From Eledone cirrhosa (Eukaryota): a stretch of 64,000 bases of DNA. Positions 14,851 through 28,035 of the stretch are shown here, piece after piece. A program made the translations under genes and the position numbers. Within the stretch, counting starts at the first letter, position 1; each line of letters begins with the position of its first letter. The stretch is from positions 76,508,001-76,572,000 of the forward strand of contig OZ024741.1 in the NCBI GenBank assembly GCA_964016885.1, in the 5' to 3' direction. The notes below the pieces were generated by a model. It was not told the origin of the DNA, did no database searches, and worked only from the letters and a program-made list of their open reading frames with translations.

Positions 14851-14913
14851 ATGAATTATTATTGTTATTCATGTTGTTATTTGGTCTTGTTGTTGTTGAC
14901 GTTCTGCCACCAA
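14851..14913 (+). CDS. Putative first coding exon (signal peptide) of the isthmin-like gene
   Basis: ATG..CAA|gtttgt encodes MNYYCYSCCYLVLLLLTFCHQ with a hydrophobic core. The phase-0 donor matches the phase-0 acceptor at 17349, giving ...CHQ-GNNVSG-NWF. Inferred only; the donor is weak. Confidence 0.4.
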
Positions 14914-15157
14914 GTTTGTTGTAGTTGTAGTTGTTGTTGTTCTGGCCTCGTTTTATTTTCTGTTTATTTACGACTTTTCACAGTTTCAAATTTTCTACCA
15001 CCATGAAAGTCATGCAAAACACACAAACACGCACGCACACACACATGCGTGCGCACACATATATAGGCGTACGTAGGCATGGTTGTGCGGCTTTAGTTTC
15101 AGTCTTGCTGTGCAGTACCGGGGTCAAACGTCTTCCGCTATTGCCTCAAATTAGCCA

Positions 15158-15208
<51 letters not shown>

Positions 15209-15211
<3 letters not shown>

Positions 15212-15353
15212 TGCCGGATTTAAGACAAACGAGGCCCTGTGCTAGTTAAGTTATGAGGCCCCTTACTTGGGCCTTGAAGGAGGTAAAAGATTTCCCTGGC
15301 CAACGGGGACCTGTGTTTAAGCACACCTAAGCATAATGGTAAATCTGACACTA
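15209..15353. mobile_element. hAT-like MITE
   Basis: Termini CAGTGCCGGATTTA ... TAAATCTGACACTA. Confidence 0.6.
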
Positions 15354-15599
15354 TATATGTATACTCTTAGGTCTTGATTAAATTTTAAGATTTTTTCTAA
15401 CCCCCGCTTATTAAATTTTACTAATCTATGTCTGGCGAAATTATATTGTAACTGATTCATATTGGTACAGCAGCTGGAGAAGCTAATAACAGTTTTATTT
15501 TATATTAAAATATTATATATGATAGAAGAACATTACAAGAAATCCCATATTTACGAACGTACGCTATACAATTTCTGATTTCTAAATCTACTACGACAT

Positions 15600-16064
15600 C
15601 GCCTCTACACTTTCACTCTCTATAATTATCTACACTTATCACGCCCAATCCTCCTCTGTAGATCAATCACCCCTAAACTATCACACTCTCTATATCTACT
15701 ACACGGAACTCTCTTCCAGTCCCCCTCTCTATATCTACCATACAACACTCTCTCTCATTCTCTCACTGTATCTATCACTACCAAACTCTCTCCCTCTCTA
15801 TATTTATCAATACCTATCTCTGTCAATCCTCTCACTCTATTCATTACCACCAAACTTTCCCCCTCTCTACATCAACCATACAATACTCTCTTTTAATCAC
15901 CCCTCTATATCAATTAACACCAAACTCTCCCCCTCTCTATGTCTACTACACGGAACTCTCTTCCAATACCCTTCTATATATGAGTAAACATCAATCCCCC
16001 ATCTCCATATCTAATATACAATACACTCTCCCAACACCCCTGTTTATATCTACTATACAACTCT

Positions 16065-16070
<6 letters not shown>
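15600..16070. repeat. Degenerate CT-rich tandem repeat
   Basis: Recurring ctctctatatctac...caaactctc motifs. Confidence 0.6.
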
Positions 16071-16131
<61 letters not shown>

Positions 16132-16328
16132 CCCTCTCACTCTCTCCGTCACAACTAAACTCTCTCCCTCAAGCGTAAAACTAATAATATATTTCTTCAT
16201 TGTACTGCGTCGTTTGTTTTGTTATTTCTGGGGGGTTTTTTCATATATATATATTGGATATCCAAACGGAACTTGAACCGTTAAGGTCTGATTCCTGGGT
16301 ATGTCACTATTTATAAAACAAACTTTGT

Positions 16329-16387
16329 ATTTTATCTGATGAGAGCGTACCAAAGTGTTGGTACCCTTGAAATATATATAATAGAAT
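16329..16387 (+). ncRNA. Hammerhead motif (AUA site)
   Basis: ATTTTAT-CTGATGA-GAGCGTACCAA agtg TTGGTACCCTT-GAAA-TATATA-TA-ATAGAAT. Confidence 0.7.
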
Positions 16388-16764
16388 AAATAAGGTTTTA
16401 TAAATATAGTTTCCATTTATTAATATCATTGATATATATAGAGAGAGATAGATAGATTGGCGAGTAAGTTCTCTCCGCTTTTCAAATTATTTATTCAAAT
16501 TGGCGTTTTTTAACATTAGGAAGATTTTATAAATCAAAATAATTGCCATCCCGAACTTGAGAATAGACAGATGCCGACTTTTGTATCACATTTGTAGATA
16601 CAGTGACGTCTAAAAATACGATTACAATAGAAACTCATCTATGAGGCCACACAAGGTCAAGTTTTTGGTGGGCGCTTAAGAGACTGAATGAAACCCTATT
16701 GGAGAGAGTATCGAATTACTGCTACATACATGCATATATAAATATATGTGTGTGTTGTGTTGTG

Positions 16765-16808
<44 letters not shown>

Positions 16809-17140
16809 ATTTGAAAATGTGAGCATCCAAACGAATAAAATTAGTATAGTAACAATCGATTGTTATAGATAATAATTGAGAAAATTGGTTAAATTACACC
16901 TAGCGACGGAAACAAATGGACTGAGAACCGAAGAGTCTATCAGTCGCCCCTTAGCGTGATGACAACACACTCGCACGGTATTCGAGAGTTACAAGGTTCG
17001 AGTCCTCGTATTTCTCGAATCTGTTCATATCCGGAAACGACAAATAAAAAAAAATGCTGATGATTCAAATACAAATATATAAATTGTACTTTATCATTTG
17101 CCCAGCTTTTCTTCTCATTTGTAAATCAAACGTAAAGATA

Positions 17141-17280
<140 letters not shown>

Positions 17281-17348
17281 CGTGCGTGTGCGTGCATGTG
17301 CAGGTATCCAATTTTACTAATCTATCTTTATATATTTGTCTTCTTTAG

Positions 17349-18417
17349 GGAAACAATGTCAGTGGCAATTGGTTTAGTGTCTATGTAGAAGTTACGACAG
17401 CTTCGACTGTGCAAATAAAGAACCCTTTCGCTTCGGAAACCATTGCAATTGATGTGAGGCGCAAAAACAGGAAAAGATACCGTGGAAGAATTAATCGAAG
17501 ATTTAACAGAAGGTTTCACAGACGTTTTCAATATCACAGCAAACGATCAGAAACTAAAGACAAGAGTTTCAATACAGTTAACAGTCATGGAATAGATGAT
17601 AGATATAGAGGAGTAGAAGAAGAAACGGAGAACAAACCTAAAGATGATATACTAGTAGTAGAAGGAGGAGAACTTGGAGTAGAAAATAAAGAAACTCTTT
17701 GGGGGGAATTCGAATTACACCAAAACCCACCGAAACATACGCTTAGCTCTAAGTCGCTTTTAAATTTAGGAGATGTACGGTGGGTTAAATGTAATAAAGA
17801 AGAAAAGCGAGATTATACTGATGGAATGGGAGATAACATGGTCGAAAGAGGAGATAATCAAGGTGAAAGGCGAAATAACCCGGACGAAAGACGAGATAAT
17901 ATCGCTAAGAGGGGAGATAACATGGTTGAACGGCGGCAAAAATCGAGTAGAAAACGGGGAAATCTGATTAGAAATAACAGACTGAACGACTATGCAGTGG
18001 GTGAGGATTTTCAAAGTGGAAAATATCCAAGGAATGTCTCATATATTATTCATTACAGTGGCAATGAAAAAAGTTATGTGGATGATGGGGTTGATATCGG
18101 GGAAGTTGCTAATGGGAGTGGAAATGGAGGTGCAGAAAGCGAAAATTACGGCGGCCGGCAGGAAGAGGCAATCGAGATGAATTTCGGCGTTGACGATAGG
18201 GAAGAGAAGAACACAGTACCAGATAAGGGTGGTGTAAAAGGAGAAAAGGATTATAAGAATGATGGTGAGGATTATAAAAAAGACGAGAAGAAAACATTAG
18301 CGAAAGTGGTTCATGACAATGAAAACTCAGACTGGAAGTCAGAGCTAAAGAGGTTACTTGTGAAATCGAATCAACGCGAAGAAAAACATCAAGATGTTCG
18401 CCATAATAAAAATGGAG
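17349..18417 (+). CDS. Large internal exon (356 codons, charged and low complexity), probably part of the isthmin-like gene
   Basis: Acceptor ttctttag|GGA, open frame for 1069 nt, donor GGAG|gtaaga (phase 1). It joins the AMOP exon in frame: G+AT = Asp of DSCDQW. Confidence 0.65.
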
Positions 18418-18634
18418 GTAAGAGCATTTTTTTTTTTTTTTTTTTTGCATGTATATATATTTTACATCATAGAATTGTTGCTGTTCCATCAAGACTTCCG
18501 CCCGGTTGTACGGCACATGTGCAGAAACAAAACTGAATAGTGTATCATACCAGTACACACACCTATATCTGACCGAGATCACGTCATATCACTTTCTACC
18601 TTTTTCTACATTGACTTCTCTCTCTCTCTCTCTT

Positions 18635-18684
<50 letters not shown>

Positions 18685-18685
18685 C

Positions 18686-18727
<42 letters not shown>

Positions 18728-19429
18728 ATCCCTCTCTGCCTCACTCTTTCTTTTTCTCTCTCTCTCTCTCTCTTTCACGCGCACGCACGCACGCATGTAT
18801 TCACTTATACTTTTATGCATGCGTGCATAAACGTATGTTCACTGCCCACTACTCCCCTACCCTGTCAATCAATCACCCGCTTCCACGCCACCGCACATGT
18901 GTAGAGTGGAACTAGAATTAACAAGGGGGTGGACTTTGATGAGGGAAACATCAAACTTGTCCGTCCCCTTGTCATAGCCTGTATTGCATTAGCAATATTA
19001 CGTAACAACTTCATTACCTAATATACTGTCTGATGAAATCGTGTTAGTGGTTGTGTGATCATAGCATCACGTAATCATGAACGCTATAGGAATATGTATT
19101 ATGACTGATTATGAATAAAGGAATTATGAATATCTACATCTGGCGTTAGCAATTATCATTATTGTATTTGGCAATATCGGTAGAGAGTCGAACGCCATGC
19201 TTTGCAGCACAAAGTTACGTCCCTTTAAGGACTAAGTTCAAATCCCGCCGAGGTTAACTTTGCCTTTCATCCCTACGGGGTCGATAAAATAAAGTACCAG
19301 TAATGTACTGGGTAATTGCTGGCCTTGTGCCAAAAAGTAGAAACAATTATTGTATATACATATTGTATATAGTTAAGTATATATATGGAAAGTACATACT
19401 AGGTGGATGAAAGAATGGCATTCAACTAA

Positions 19430-19575
19430 TGTATTGGTAAGCGATGGAACCCACCCACAGCCCCGGCGGACAGAATGAAGAAGGCGTTTCTCCGGAGGAC
19501 GGCAAGGGAGACGCGCTGGAAAAGCCACTCCAACTTGCGGGGCTCACACCTGCGGCTGGCCAGCTCAGCGCCTAT
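19430..19575 (-). mobile_element. CRE-clade LINE 3' fragment
   Basis: EWLFQRVSLAVLRRNA resembles the CRE C-terminal QRxSxAxxRGNA motif. Confidence 0.65.
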
Positions 19576-20028
19576 TAAGGTTGGTGATATTGGCAAGTAT
19601 AAGTAATGCACCGGACATCATGCTTCACGGCATAGAGTTACGTCCTTTTATGTTCTGAAACAAAACCTTTATAGCCTTAAAACACTAGTTGGAATGTGCC
19701 GATCGGAGTTAAGCTATGACTAAACACAACCACCATCACCACCGCCACCGCTCTTCATTTCCTCAAGATATACTGATTACTCTTTATTAAAATACATGCA
19801 TTATATAATTAATCATGGCTGGTGTACACGACACGTGTTCATAACAGAAATGACGTAGGATTCTTTTCGTTTGTGTTTTATTTTGTTTTTATATATACAG
19901 AACTAAATGGTGAATATGTGGATATATCCATGTATGGGACACCTAGCAAATTGGTAGGGAAATTTTAAGGCAATATATACATTCATACATTTTAAAACTG
20001 ACAGACACAAACACGCATAGGCACGCAT

Positions 20029-20067
<39 letters not shown>

Positions 20068-20336
20068 CTAGCAGCTGAGCCCGGTTGCACCCGGGGCCAC
20101 TTTTTATTAAGTTAATAATTTGAAAAATATTATTGAAAGTTTATTATAAAGAATCAGTTTCAGGAAAAAAATAGAAATATGCACTTGGGGCTGGACGGCG
20201 TACAATGAGAAATGGAGCGACGTGAAAAGCGTTGTTTATTAACAGTGAAATAGCAATGTCGATGATATGCAATTTGAAAAATATTACTTACTGTTAGTGG
20301 TGGTTAACATGTATTAGAATTAAAATAAAAACACGC

Positions 20337-20536
20337 NNNNNNNNNNNNNNNNNNNNNNNNNNNNNNNNNNNNNNNNNNNNNNNNNNNNNNNNNNNNNNNN
20401 NNNNNNNNNNNNNNNNNNNNNNNNNNNNNNNNNNNNNNNNNNNNNNNNNNNNNNNNNNNNNNNNNNNNNNNNNNNNNNNNNNNNNNNNNNNNNNNNNNNN
20501 NNNNNNNNNNNNNNNNNNNNNNNNNNNNNNNNNNNN
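20337..20536. other. Assembly gap (200 N)
   Basis: Run of n. Confidence 1.
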
Positions 20537-22140
20537 GTCTCTATAGTGATATGGTGTTAATTAGTATTGCGTGTGTGATTATTTTTTCTTTTTCTTTTTT
20601 TGTATATTGTGTGTACGGAAAATTATACTTACCTTATCAACATCCTATACTTACCTTATCAACATCCTTATTAGACCGTATAAATAGCTGAAATACAGTT
20701 GATCATCTCGCCAAACTTGTTGGCACCAACCCTCTGCCGCCAAAGAAATTCAGCTAAATACGAGGGGAATAAATCGTCGCTTGTCCCATGTTGTCGACGG
20801 AGCTTTTTCTTCGCACGGCTCCAAGTGTTCTCTATGAGTTGTGTGTGCACATTAGGGTCTTCAGGATCGACAAAGTTCCGTTGGTGCACAACAACATCAT
20901 GGAGGTAAATGCCACCTTGAATTTCCTCAATATCAGAATAGGAAGCCCAACCATCGGACATGATGTGGCTTCCTGGCAAAATCCATTCCTGTATAATGGG
21001 GACAAGAGTCTCACGGCTTCGATCTGAGACTTCGATGAGGCAGCAGCGTCCAGAATGTCGTTCTACAGCGCCGAACACCCAGTGGCCTTGTCTCCACTGG
21101 CCACGATGATACTTTCTATGAAAGTATTTTGATTCGTCGATCTCAACAATGATCGACGAACCATTCTCATCAAATCCTCCAAGCTGTTGAGGATTCGCCT
21201 CCAAATACTGCTCACAGATTTCTCTAAGGAAATTGCACCAGTCTATTATTGTCGGCTTGCTAAGTCCTGTTTCTCTCATCATCTCAGTTTGGGCCTGATC
21301 GTTGCACCACATATACATAATGCCAATAAGTTGTTCGAGTCGAAGATGGCTTCGATAAAATATAGAGTTCCGTCGAACCGATTGACAAAATGTGTCGCGG
21401 CAGCATCGCCATCTCCATTTATCTATCCCCTCAGAATATCTTCTCAATGTGCACGCCTCATTGCAGAGAGGACAAATCACACTGTTCGCCAACAGACGCC
21501 GATTCGCAAACCACTCTAACATACATAACGTGTCACCGTGTATCGCCGGACACAGCGTATATATTGTTTCGAAGCGCTCAACAATAGCATTAGTATTCAA
21601 AATATCTTCAACTAACTTAACGCGACCAACCACTCGTCCAGCCATATTTGATGTGATACTGTATTAAAATCCAGCCCTTCGGTGCTTCGTTTAAAAAAAT
21701 AAAAAATTTCCCAGCCCTTCTGACGCCTATCTGCCTTTCTGACCCCAAGCTGCCCCTCTGACCCAAATCCTTTATCATTCTCTGTCCTTCTTATGACCCG
21801 GCCTTAATTTCTTTGGGGGACAGAAAGTTGGTGCCAACTTTGGCAAGATATTACAAAAACATCTAAACGATGATGATGACACAAACACATATATATATAT
21901 ACAAACACACATATATATACATACAGACACACATATATATACACACATATACACACCCACACATATATATATGAGAAAATAATCACACACGCAATACTAA
22001 TTAACACCATATCACTATAGAGACCTGTTGTAAATAAACAAACTGTATCGTAATTTTCAGTGTAAAAAAAACAAAACAAACACATTCACTTGTCATAAAA
22101 ATTAGTTTCACTTTCCCGGACGTTAAACTTAACCAATGCC
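20537..22140 (-). mobile_element. Merlin DNA transposon; one end is hidden in the N gap
   Basis: The end ...ACGTTAAACTTAACCAATGCC at 22140 matches the TIR of the MITE at 42406-43051. Subterminal sequence at 20537-20584 is the reverse complement of ~21978-22025. Confidence 0.85.
20671..21645 (-). CDS. Merlin (IS1595/ISXO2-like) DDE transposase, uninterrupted 324-aa ORF
   Basis: N-terminal CPxC zinc ribbon, then VEIDESK...RKYHRG, WVFG, IMSDGWASY and VHTQLIENTW motifs. Confidence 0.93.
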   Translation of the reverse strand: MAGRVVGRVKLVEDILNTNAIVERFETIYTLCPAIHGDTLCMLEWFANRRLLANSVICPLCNEACTLRRYSEGIDKWRWRCCRDTFCQSVRRNSIFYRSHLRLEQLIGIMYMWCNDQAQTEMMRETGLSKPTIIDWCNFLREICEQYLEANPQQLGGFDENGSSIIVEIDESKYFHRKYHRGQWRQGHWVFGAVERHSGRCCLIEVSDRSRETLVPIIQEWILPGSHIMSDGWASYSDIEEIQGGIYLHDVVVHQRNFVDPEDPNVHTQLIENTWSRAKKKLRRQHGTSDDLFPSYLAEFLWRQRVGANKFGEMINCISAIYTV

Positions 22141-22498
22141 GGGAGGTGTGTAGGGTACATACATACATAATACACACGACACTCAGCTTTATAATATTAT
22201 ATATGTATACTAGCAGCTGAGCCCGGTTGCACTTTTTATTAAGTTAATAATTTGAAAAATATTATTGGAAGTTTATTATAAAGAAGCAGTTTCAGGAGAA
22301 AAAAAATAGAAATATGCACTTGGGGCTGGACGGCGTACAATGAGAAATGGAGCGACGTGAAAAGCGTTGTTTATTAACAGCGAAATAACAATGTCGATGA
22401 TATGCAATTTGAAAAATATTACTTACTGTTAGTGGTGGTTAACATGTATTAGAATTAAAATAAAAACACGCGTCCCTTCTTCGCAATTTCGCCAAGAG

Positions 22499-23236
22499 GG
22501 CGATACTTGGTTTTAGTGTCCTAAATTATCATCATCGTCATTCAATTATTAGCTCCACCCACTACACAATACGTCACGACACGTCATCAGCTGCTGCTGC
22601 GGCTTGATTTTTACATGTTCATTTTCTTACATGCTTCATTTTTACACGAAAAAACATTGAATTTTTAGAATAAATATTTATTAAAATATTAACAGAGAAA
22701 ATTAGATTTTTGATTTATTTTTTGAACAAAGTAAATATTTATTTACAGTTTTTCACAGAAAAACTATGCTTCATTTTTACATGAATATTTATTTACAGTT
22801 TTTAACAGAAAAAAAATTGCTGCGAAATACATTTTTTTTTTAACACACGATACGTCACGAAAGTAAATGTTTCGAAAAAATGTTAAACTGTATATCGCAA
22901 CAATATATTGTTTAAAGAAATGTTTTTTCTGTTGTTTAAAACTGTAAATCTGTTAAAAAAAAATTTATTTAATCGAAACACTATGCTTCATTTTTACATG
23001 AATATTTATTTACAGTTTTTAACAGAAAAAAGAAATTGCTGCGAAATAACATTTTTTTAAAAACAGATTTAGAGTTTTTAACAACAGAAAAAAAATTTCT
23101 TTAAACAATATATTGTTGCGATATACAGTTTAAAATTTTTTCGAAACATTTACTTTCGTGACGTATCGTGTAGTGGGTGGAGCTAATAATTGAATGTCGA
23201 TGATGATAATTTAGGACACTAAAACCAAGTATCGCC
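22499..23236. mobile_element. Fold-back MITE with GGCGATACT termini (Merlin-like), nested in a Helitron
   Basis: ~80-bp inverted termini and internal inverted AT-rich blocks. A related empty-site sequence lies at ~24215-24240. Confidence 0.7.
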
Positions 23237-24933
23237 AAGGGTTTTATTTCTTTTCCAAAAGGGGGTTCCTGCCCCCAGGGGTCCCCTACCCAATATGTGC
23301 CAATTCTGAGAGTTCACATTCATCTGTAGGACAAACGTAGCCCATGTGTCAAGTTTTGTGAAAATCGGTTGCGAACTCTAGAAGTTATGACGTTTTGTTG
23401 CATTTCACTGCAGTGCTTCAGTCGACTCCAAGGAAGTGGTTAAAGTGGTTAAAGGGGTTATCTGCCGGGGGGGCCCTATAATCAATATCTGGAAAATGAC
23501 AGTGCCCATGACCATCCGGAGTACATAAGTAACCTATGTCTTAAGTTTGGTGAAAAAACTGTAGAAATGCATAAGGTGCGCGCGTATGTATAAACCTTAT
23601 GCGCGCGCGCACGCGCGCGTGTGTGTGTGTGTGTCCGTCGGGGCATACGTATGTACTGGCCTAAATTTTCACTATTTACTTTTACTATTTTAATAACCTC
23701 TGTCATTTTCGTTTTCAATTTTATTTACATCATTCTTAAACTCCGGGGCTGGAAATCATTCTGTTATTTTAAATAGAATATTAGTCTAACGACTCCATTT
23801 ATACCATAAACTTGGTCTTGTCTTTGCATGAAATTGTTCTTCACGCTCCACATAACGACGTATTATCCTCGCTTTTTTCCCGTTCATTGCCAGGGAACGT
23901 CTTCACGATCCAAAATATTGTCTTCCTGTTTTCGTTCGGTTGCAACGTTTCTCGAAATATTTACTTCTGCGTTCACAGATTACTCTCAGTTCAATTTGAA
24001 TGGGAAATTCCTGTTTCATCGATTTTCTCCGTAACCATGGAAGCGTGTAGTAGCCAAAAGTTTATTAACAGCGAAATAACGTTGTCTTTGATATGTCATT
24101 TTAAATAAGACAATGAATTGAAAAATACTACTTACTGTTAGTGGTGGTTAACATGTATTAGAAATAAAATGAAAATGATAACTGAAAAAACGTACTTGAG
24201 AACATGACTCCTTTCTTCGCAATTTAAGGGTTTTATTTCTTTTGATAGAAAACAGTGACTGTTTTCGGTTTGGCATTTCGTAAAATGGTACTGCAGAATT
24301 GATTTCATAAAACGGTACTGTATGATAGTTTACACTTTGATTGCCCTGGTCAGCAAGAGGGGCCTCTATATATTAGATATTTATTAGAAGAGGGGGAAAT
24401 AACTAACCCCAGTATTAGAACAGGGGGTTCGCAATGTAAGGGTTTTATTTCTTTTGTTAGAAAACAGTTACCTTTTTCGTTTTGGCATTTCGTAAAATTC
24501 TACTGCAGAATCGATTTCATAAAACAGTACTGTATGATCGTTATAGAATTATTTAAATTTAATATAGAGCAATTGTATTTTAAAAATGAAAATGAAACGT
24601 ACTGTAGTAGCCAAAAGTTTATTAACAGCGAAATAACGTTGTCTTTGATATGTTTTTTTAGACAAAAGTATTAGAACAGGGGGAAATAACTCACCGAACG
24701 CGATAGTTTTGGGGCCCCAAGGACCACATTTTTCAAGTTAGAGATTTGAAACCTCGTCTATTTGCTTCCTTGGCACTTTTTACATAGGTGTGTAAATTTT
24801 CATGTCCGTCCGACCACGTCTACTACCATTTAACCGTGCACATCTGGATTTCAACCACCGCACATTTCACAAATATATATTAGATATATAAATAAATACA
24901 CACACACACACACATACATATATAGATAAATAA

Positions 24934-24987
<54 letters not shown>

Positions 24988-27062
24988 CCATATTTAGCAG
25001 ATGTTTTGTTATTTAATTGCTTGGTATCTTATTTCATTGTTTGTTTTGTAGTGTTGTAACCGGAGTTGTGAGATGAGTTGATGAAGTAGTTGAATAAGTG
25101 GTTTGTTGGTTGAGTCCATGGCAAGTGAGTGAATTGCGTCTCGGTGAATCGAGAGACTTGTTGCTACGAAGTCTTGCCATGGTCGATGAAACCAGTAGTT
25201 GAAGTCACTTAATTTGGTGATGTGATATTGTCGCGTGGAAGACGATTTTCCCCCAATCACATTGATATTAATTTATAAATGAACAAGGCACTGTTAATTT
25301 TTATGTTTTTATTGGTTGCATGATTTACTCCCAAATCATGAACAGTATAACAATGGGAATGTATAACTGTGGTGTGTTGATTGTGTATGAATGTAGAATC
25401 TAAAAGTAATGAATTCTACTAATCTTTTGTAGATATTGGTATCTAGCTCTGATAGCGCTGAGCTAGCAGAGTTAGCTAGCGAATGTGTATGTCTGAGTGT
25501 AGCTACATGACGAACTGTGCGAGGCTGAAAACATTGTTTGTGGCAGAGCGAAGAAGCAGACCCCACATTCTGGAGTCATTGTTTCTTGTATTTGTTAGAA
25601 TTGGGTGTCCAGAAATATTAAACAGATGTCCTAACAGTCATTTCCCGCTAAACAAAGGCCGTACATCTAAACGGCGACGGTGCGTGCTCAAACAAAGGAA
25701 TTGCTAAGTTAGGCTGACTGAGGTTATACTAGCGAGCCCGCACCGTCAAAATGATGACGATTCACATATATATCAAAAGTTATTCCTATGCATGACTTAT
25801 GCAAAGGAATAGCGCTGAAATTAGATAAATAACTGGTCATTGGAATCCTTCTCTATATACATCGTTAGGAAATCAGGGACCAATATTGTATTAATGTGTA
25901 ACAGTATATTATTTATATTTGCTGTAAATATATAAAACGTAACACAAAAGAAGAAATGTAACTAACATTTCAACAAAGTTGAAAGTCGAAAGATTAAGCC
26001 AAAGATTCGATGTCCATTTATTATGTTACCCTTTTTCTGCTAAAGAATATAACCAATGTAAGCATACTAAATTACAAATTGAAGATGTTCACAATTCATC
26101 AGTATTGTGTTTGTTAGTTGTCTTGGTTTTGATGTGTTCATTGATTTTGATAGCTATATAGATTGAGAGAGAGAGAGGATATGAGAGAAGTAAAGTAATA
26201 GTGTGGGTTGTTGCCTCATGCCATTGAGCCTGTACCTATTTTTAAAAAAATTACAAATGCGATTCTAATTTATAGAAACAAATTATACAGACTGACAATT
26301 AAAGAGAAACTGAAAGAATATATCGATAGCAGCCCGCCTGAGGAAGGAATCCTACGAGGTGGGGTGGCTGTTACATCGTGTGTCGTTGGCCATTATCCGC
26401 GGAAATACCTTTGCTATTTTGTCCGTGGGGCGCAGCCGAAACTCTTCTCTGACCTAGGTGTAGAGTCTGTCACCCTCTCCCCTTCCCCCTTTCTTTCTTC
26501 CTGTGTCAAGTAATCCTTGCCCTTCCTCTCCTTTTCCTCTATGCCATTTATAGTCTTTTCCAATACTGCTGTCTTTTTTCTGTATGTTTATATAACTCTA
26601 CTACGAAATAAAACTATTGACTTTAGTATATAAAAAAAGACATAGAGGAAAAGATAGAAAGACAGAGAAGAGGGTGAATGAAGTAAAACGTAGTAATAAT
26701 TGTTTCTACTTTTGGCACAAGGCCAGCAATTATCTCAGTGTATTACTGGTACTTTATTTTATCGACCCCTAAGGATGCTCAGCGGTATTTGAACTCAGAC
26801 CGTAAAGGGGCGTAACTATGCTGGAAAGCATGGTGCCTGACCCTCTACTGATACTGCCAAACCACCAGAGCATTGCAGTAATAGGTAGAATGGTACAATA
26901 TACTAGTTCAGTAATGTATCATGAGGAGTAGAAAGATATGCTTATAACATTCCTCGAGAGAAAATGGAATATAGACGCAGACATTAAAAAAAAACAGTTA
27001 AGCAGAGATTTTATGCAACATTTAGTTTTATGTTTCAAGTAAGCGTTAAAGCATATTATTTA

Positions 27063-27605
27063 CTAGCTGACCCGTCCGGCTGGCGTCCGGCTAGGTATAC
27101 CGGCATTTTATCTTTTCAGGAATTCCCCTCCACTCCAATGCAAAGATACCGCACGCCCTCTCAAGTCAGCGAGGGTGGGGATTAACGTGCTCTGATGTTG
27201 GGTTTGAATAGTTTTTAGGATTCCCCAGTTCAGCAGCCAGTACGTTAAATAAAATTGATAGTTACAACAATAAAGGCTGAACAGAGAACAAATATTTTAA
27301 CAAACTTTACAATAATTTGTGCAACCATAATGGAAATTCCAAGTAACAGAAAATACATAAATTACATTGTTAGAGCCTGAGAGTATACAATATTTTTTGT
27401 TCGGCCCTCGGGAGCAAAGATGAAGAGATTGTTTGGCGAGCTCACCCTAGAGCATCCTACATAAACGATATTTAAATAAACGATAAAATATCTTTAATCT
27501 TTTAACGAAATTTAGAAGACAAAAATACCCTCACTTTCTTACCTGGAACAAGTTACATCTATGGTGCAAGTTTGTTACATACGACCGTCAGCTTTATAAT
27601 ATAGA
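27063..27605 (-). mobile_element. Non-autonomous Helitron-like element (similar ends at 25729-26162 and 43088-43296)
   Basis: A-CTAG plus a GC hairpin at the left end and ...TATAGA-T at the right end, which reads TC...CTAG on the minus strand. Confidence 0.55.
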
Positions 27606-27938
27606 TTTACATAAAGGTGAATTCGACCTCAAACTCAAAACATGAAAGGAGTCCTTAAATAATAAATGAAACTTAATATTTTCGTACAATAAAGTTAAGT
27701 TGATCTCAGTGCATATCGTATTCAACTTAAATGAGTGCACCTAGATAGTAAGGGAAAAGAAAGAAAGAAAATAATCGACAGCTGGTCAATATGGGGATCG
27801 GTCTGATATTTATACGTATATATTGGTTGAACACTGGTGGGTTATATCCGCAGTAGTAGAGCACTCAATCCATGGGACGGATCCGTCTGAGGTGAAACAA
27901 ATTGTTCTCGGAAATGGTGAATTAACTGTTGTGGAACT

Positions 27939-28035
<97 letters not shown>

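Larger units (their letters stand above)
20068..24884 (-). mobile_element. Two tandem non-autonomous Helitron-like elements (20068-~22200 and 22210-24884)
   Basis: Minus-strand 3' ends CCCGGGTGCAACCGGG...CTAG at 20068 and, with a partly deleted hairpin, at 22210. Near-identical ~270-bp starts. A|TC 5' end at 24884. Confidence 0.65.

Noticed and set aside
18418-18536. C-terminal extension of the 375-aa ORF
   Set aside because: It runs through a strong gtaag donor into a poly-T intronic tract.
20068-20336. Biological tandem duplication with 22210-22471
   Set aside because: It abuts the N gap, so an assembly artefact cannot be excluded and it is not claimed as a separate finding.
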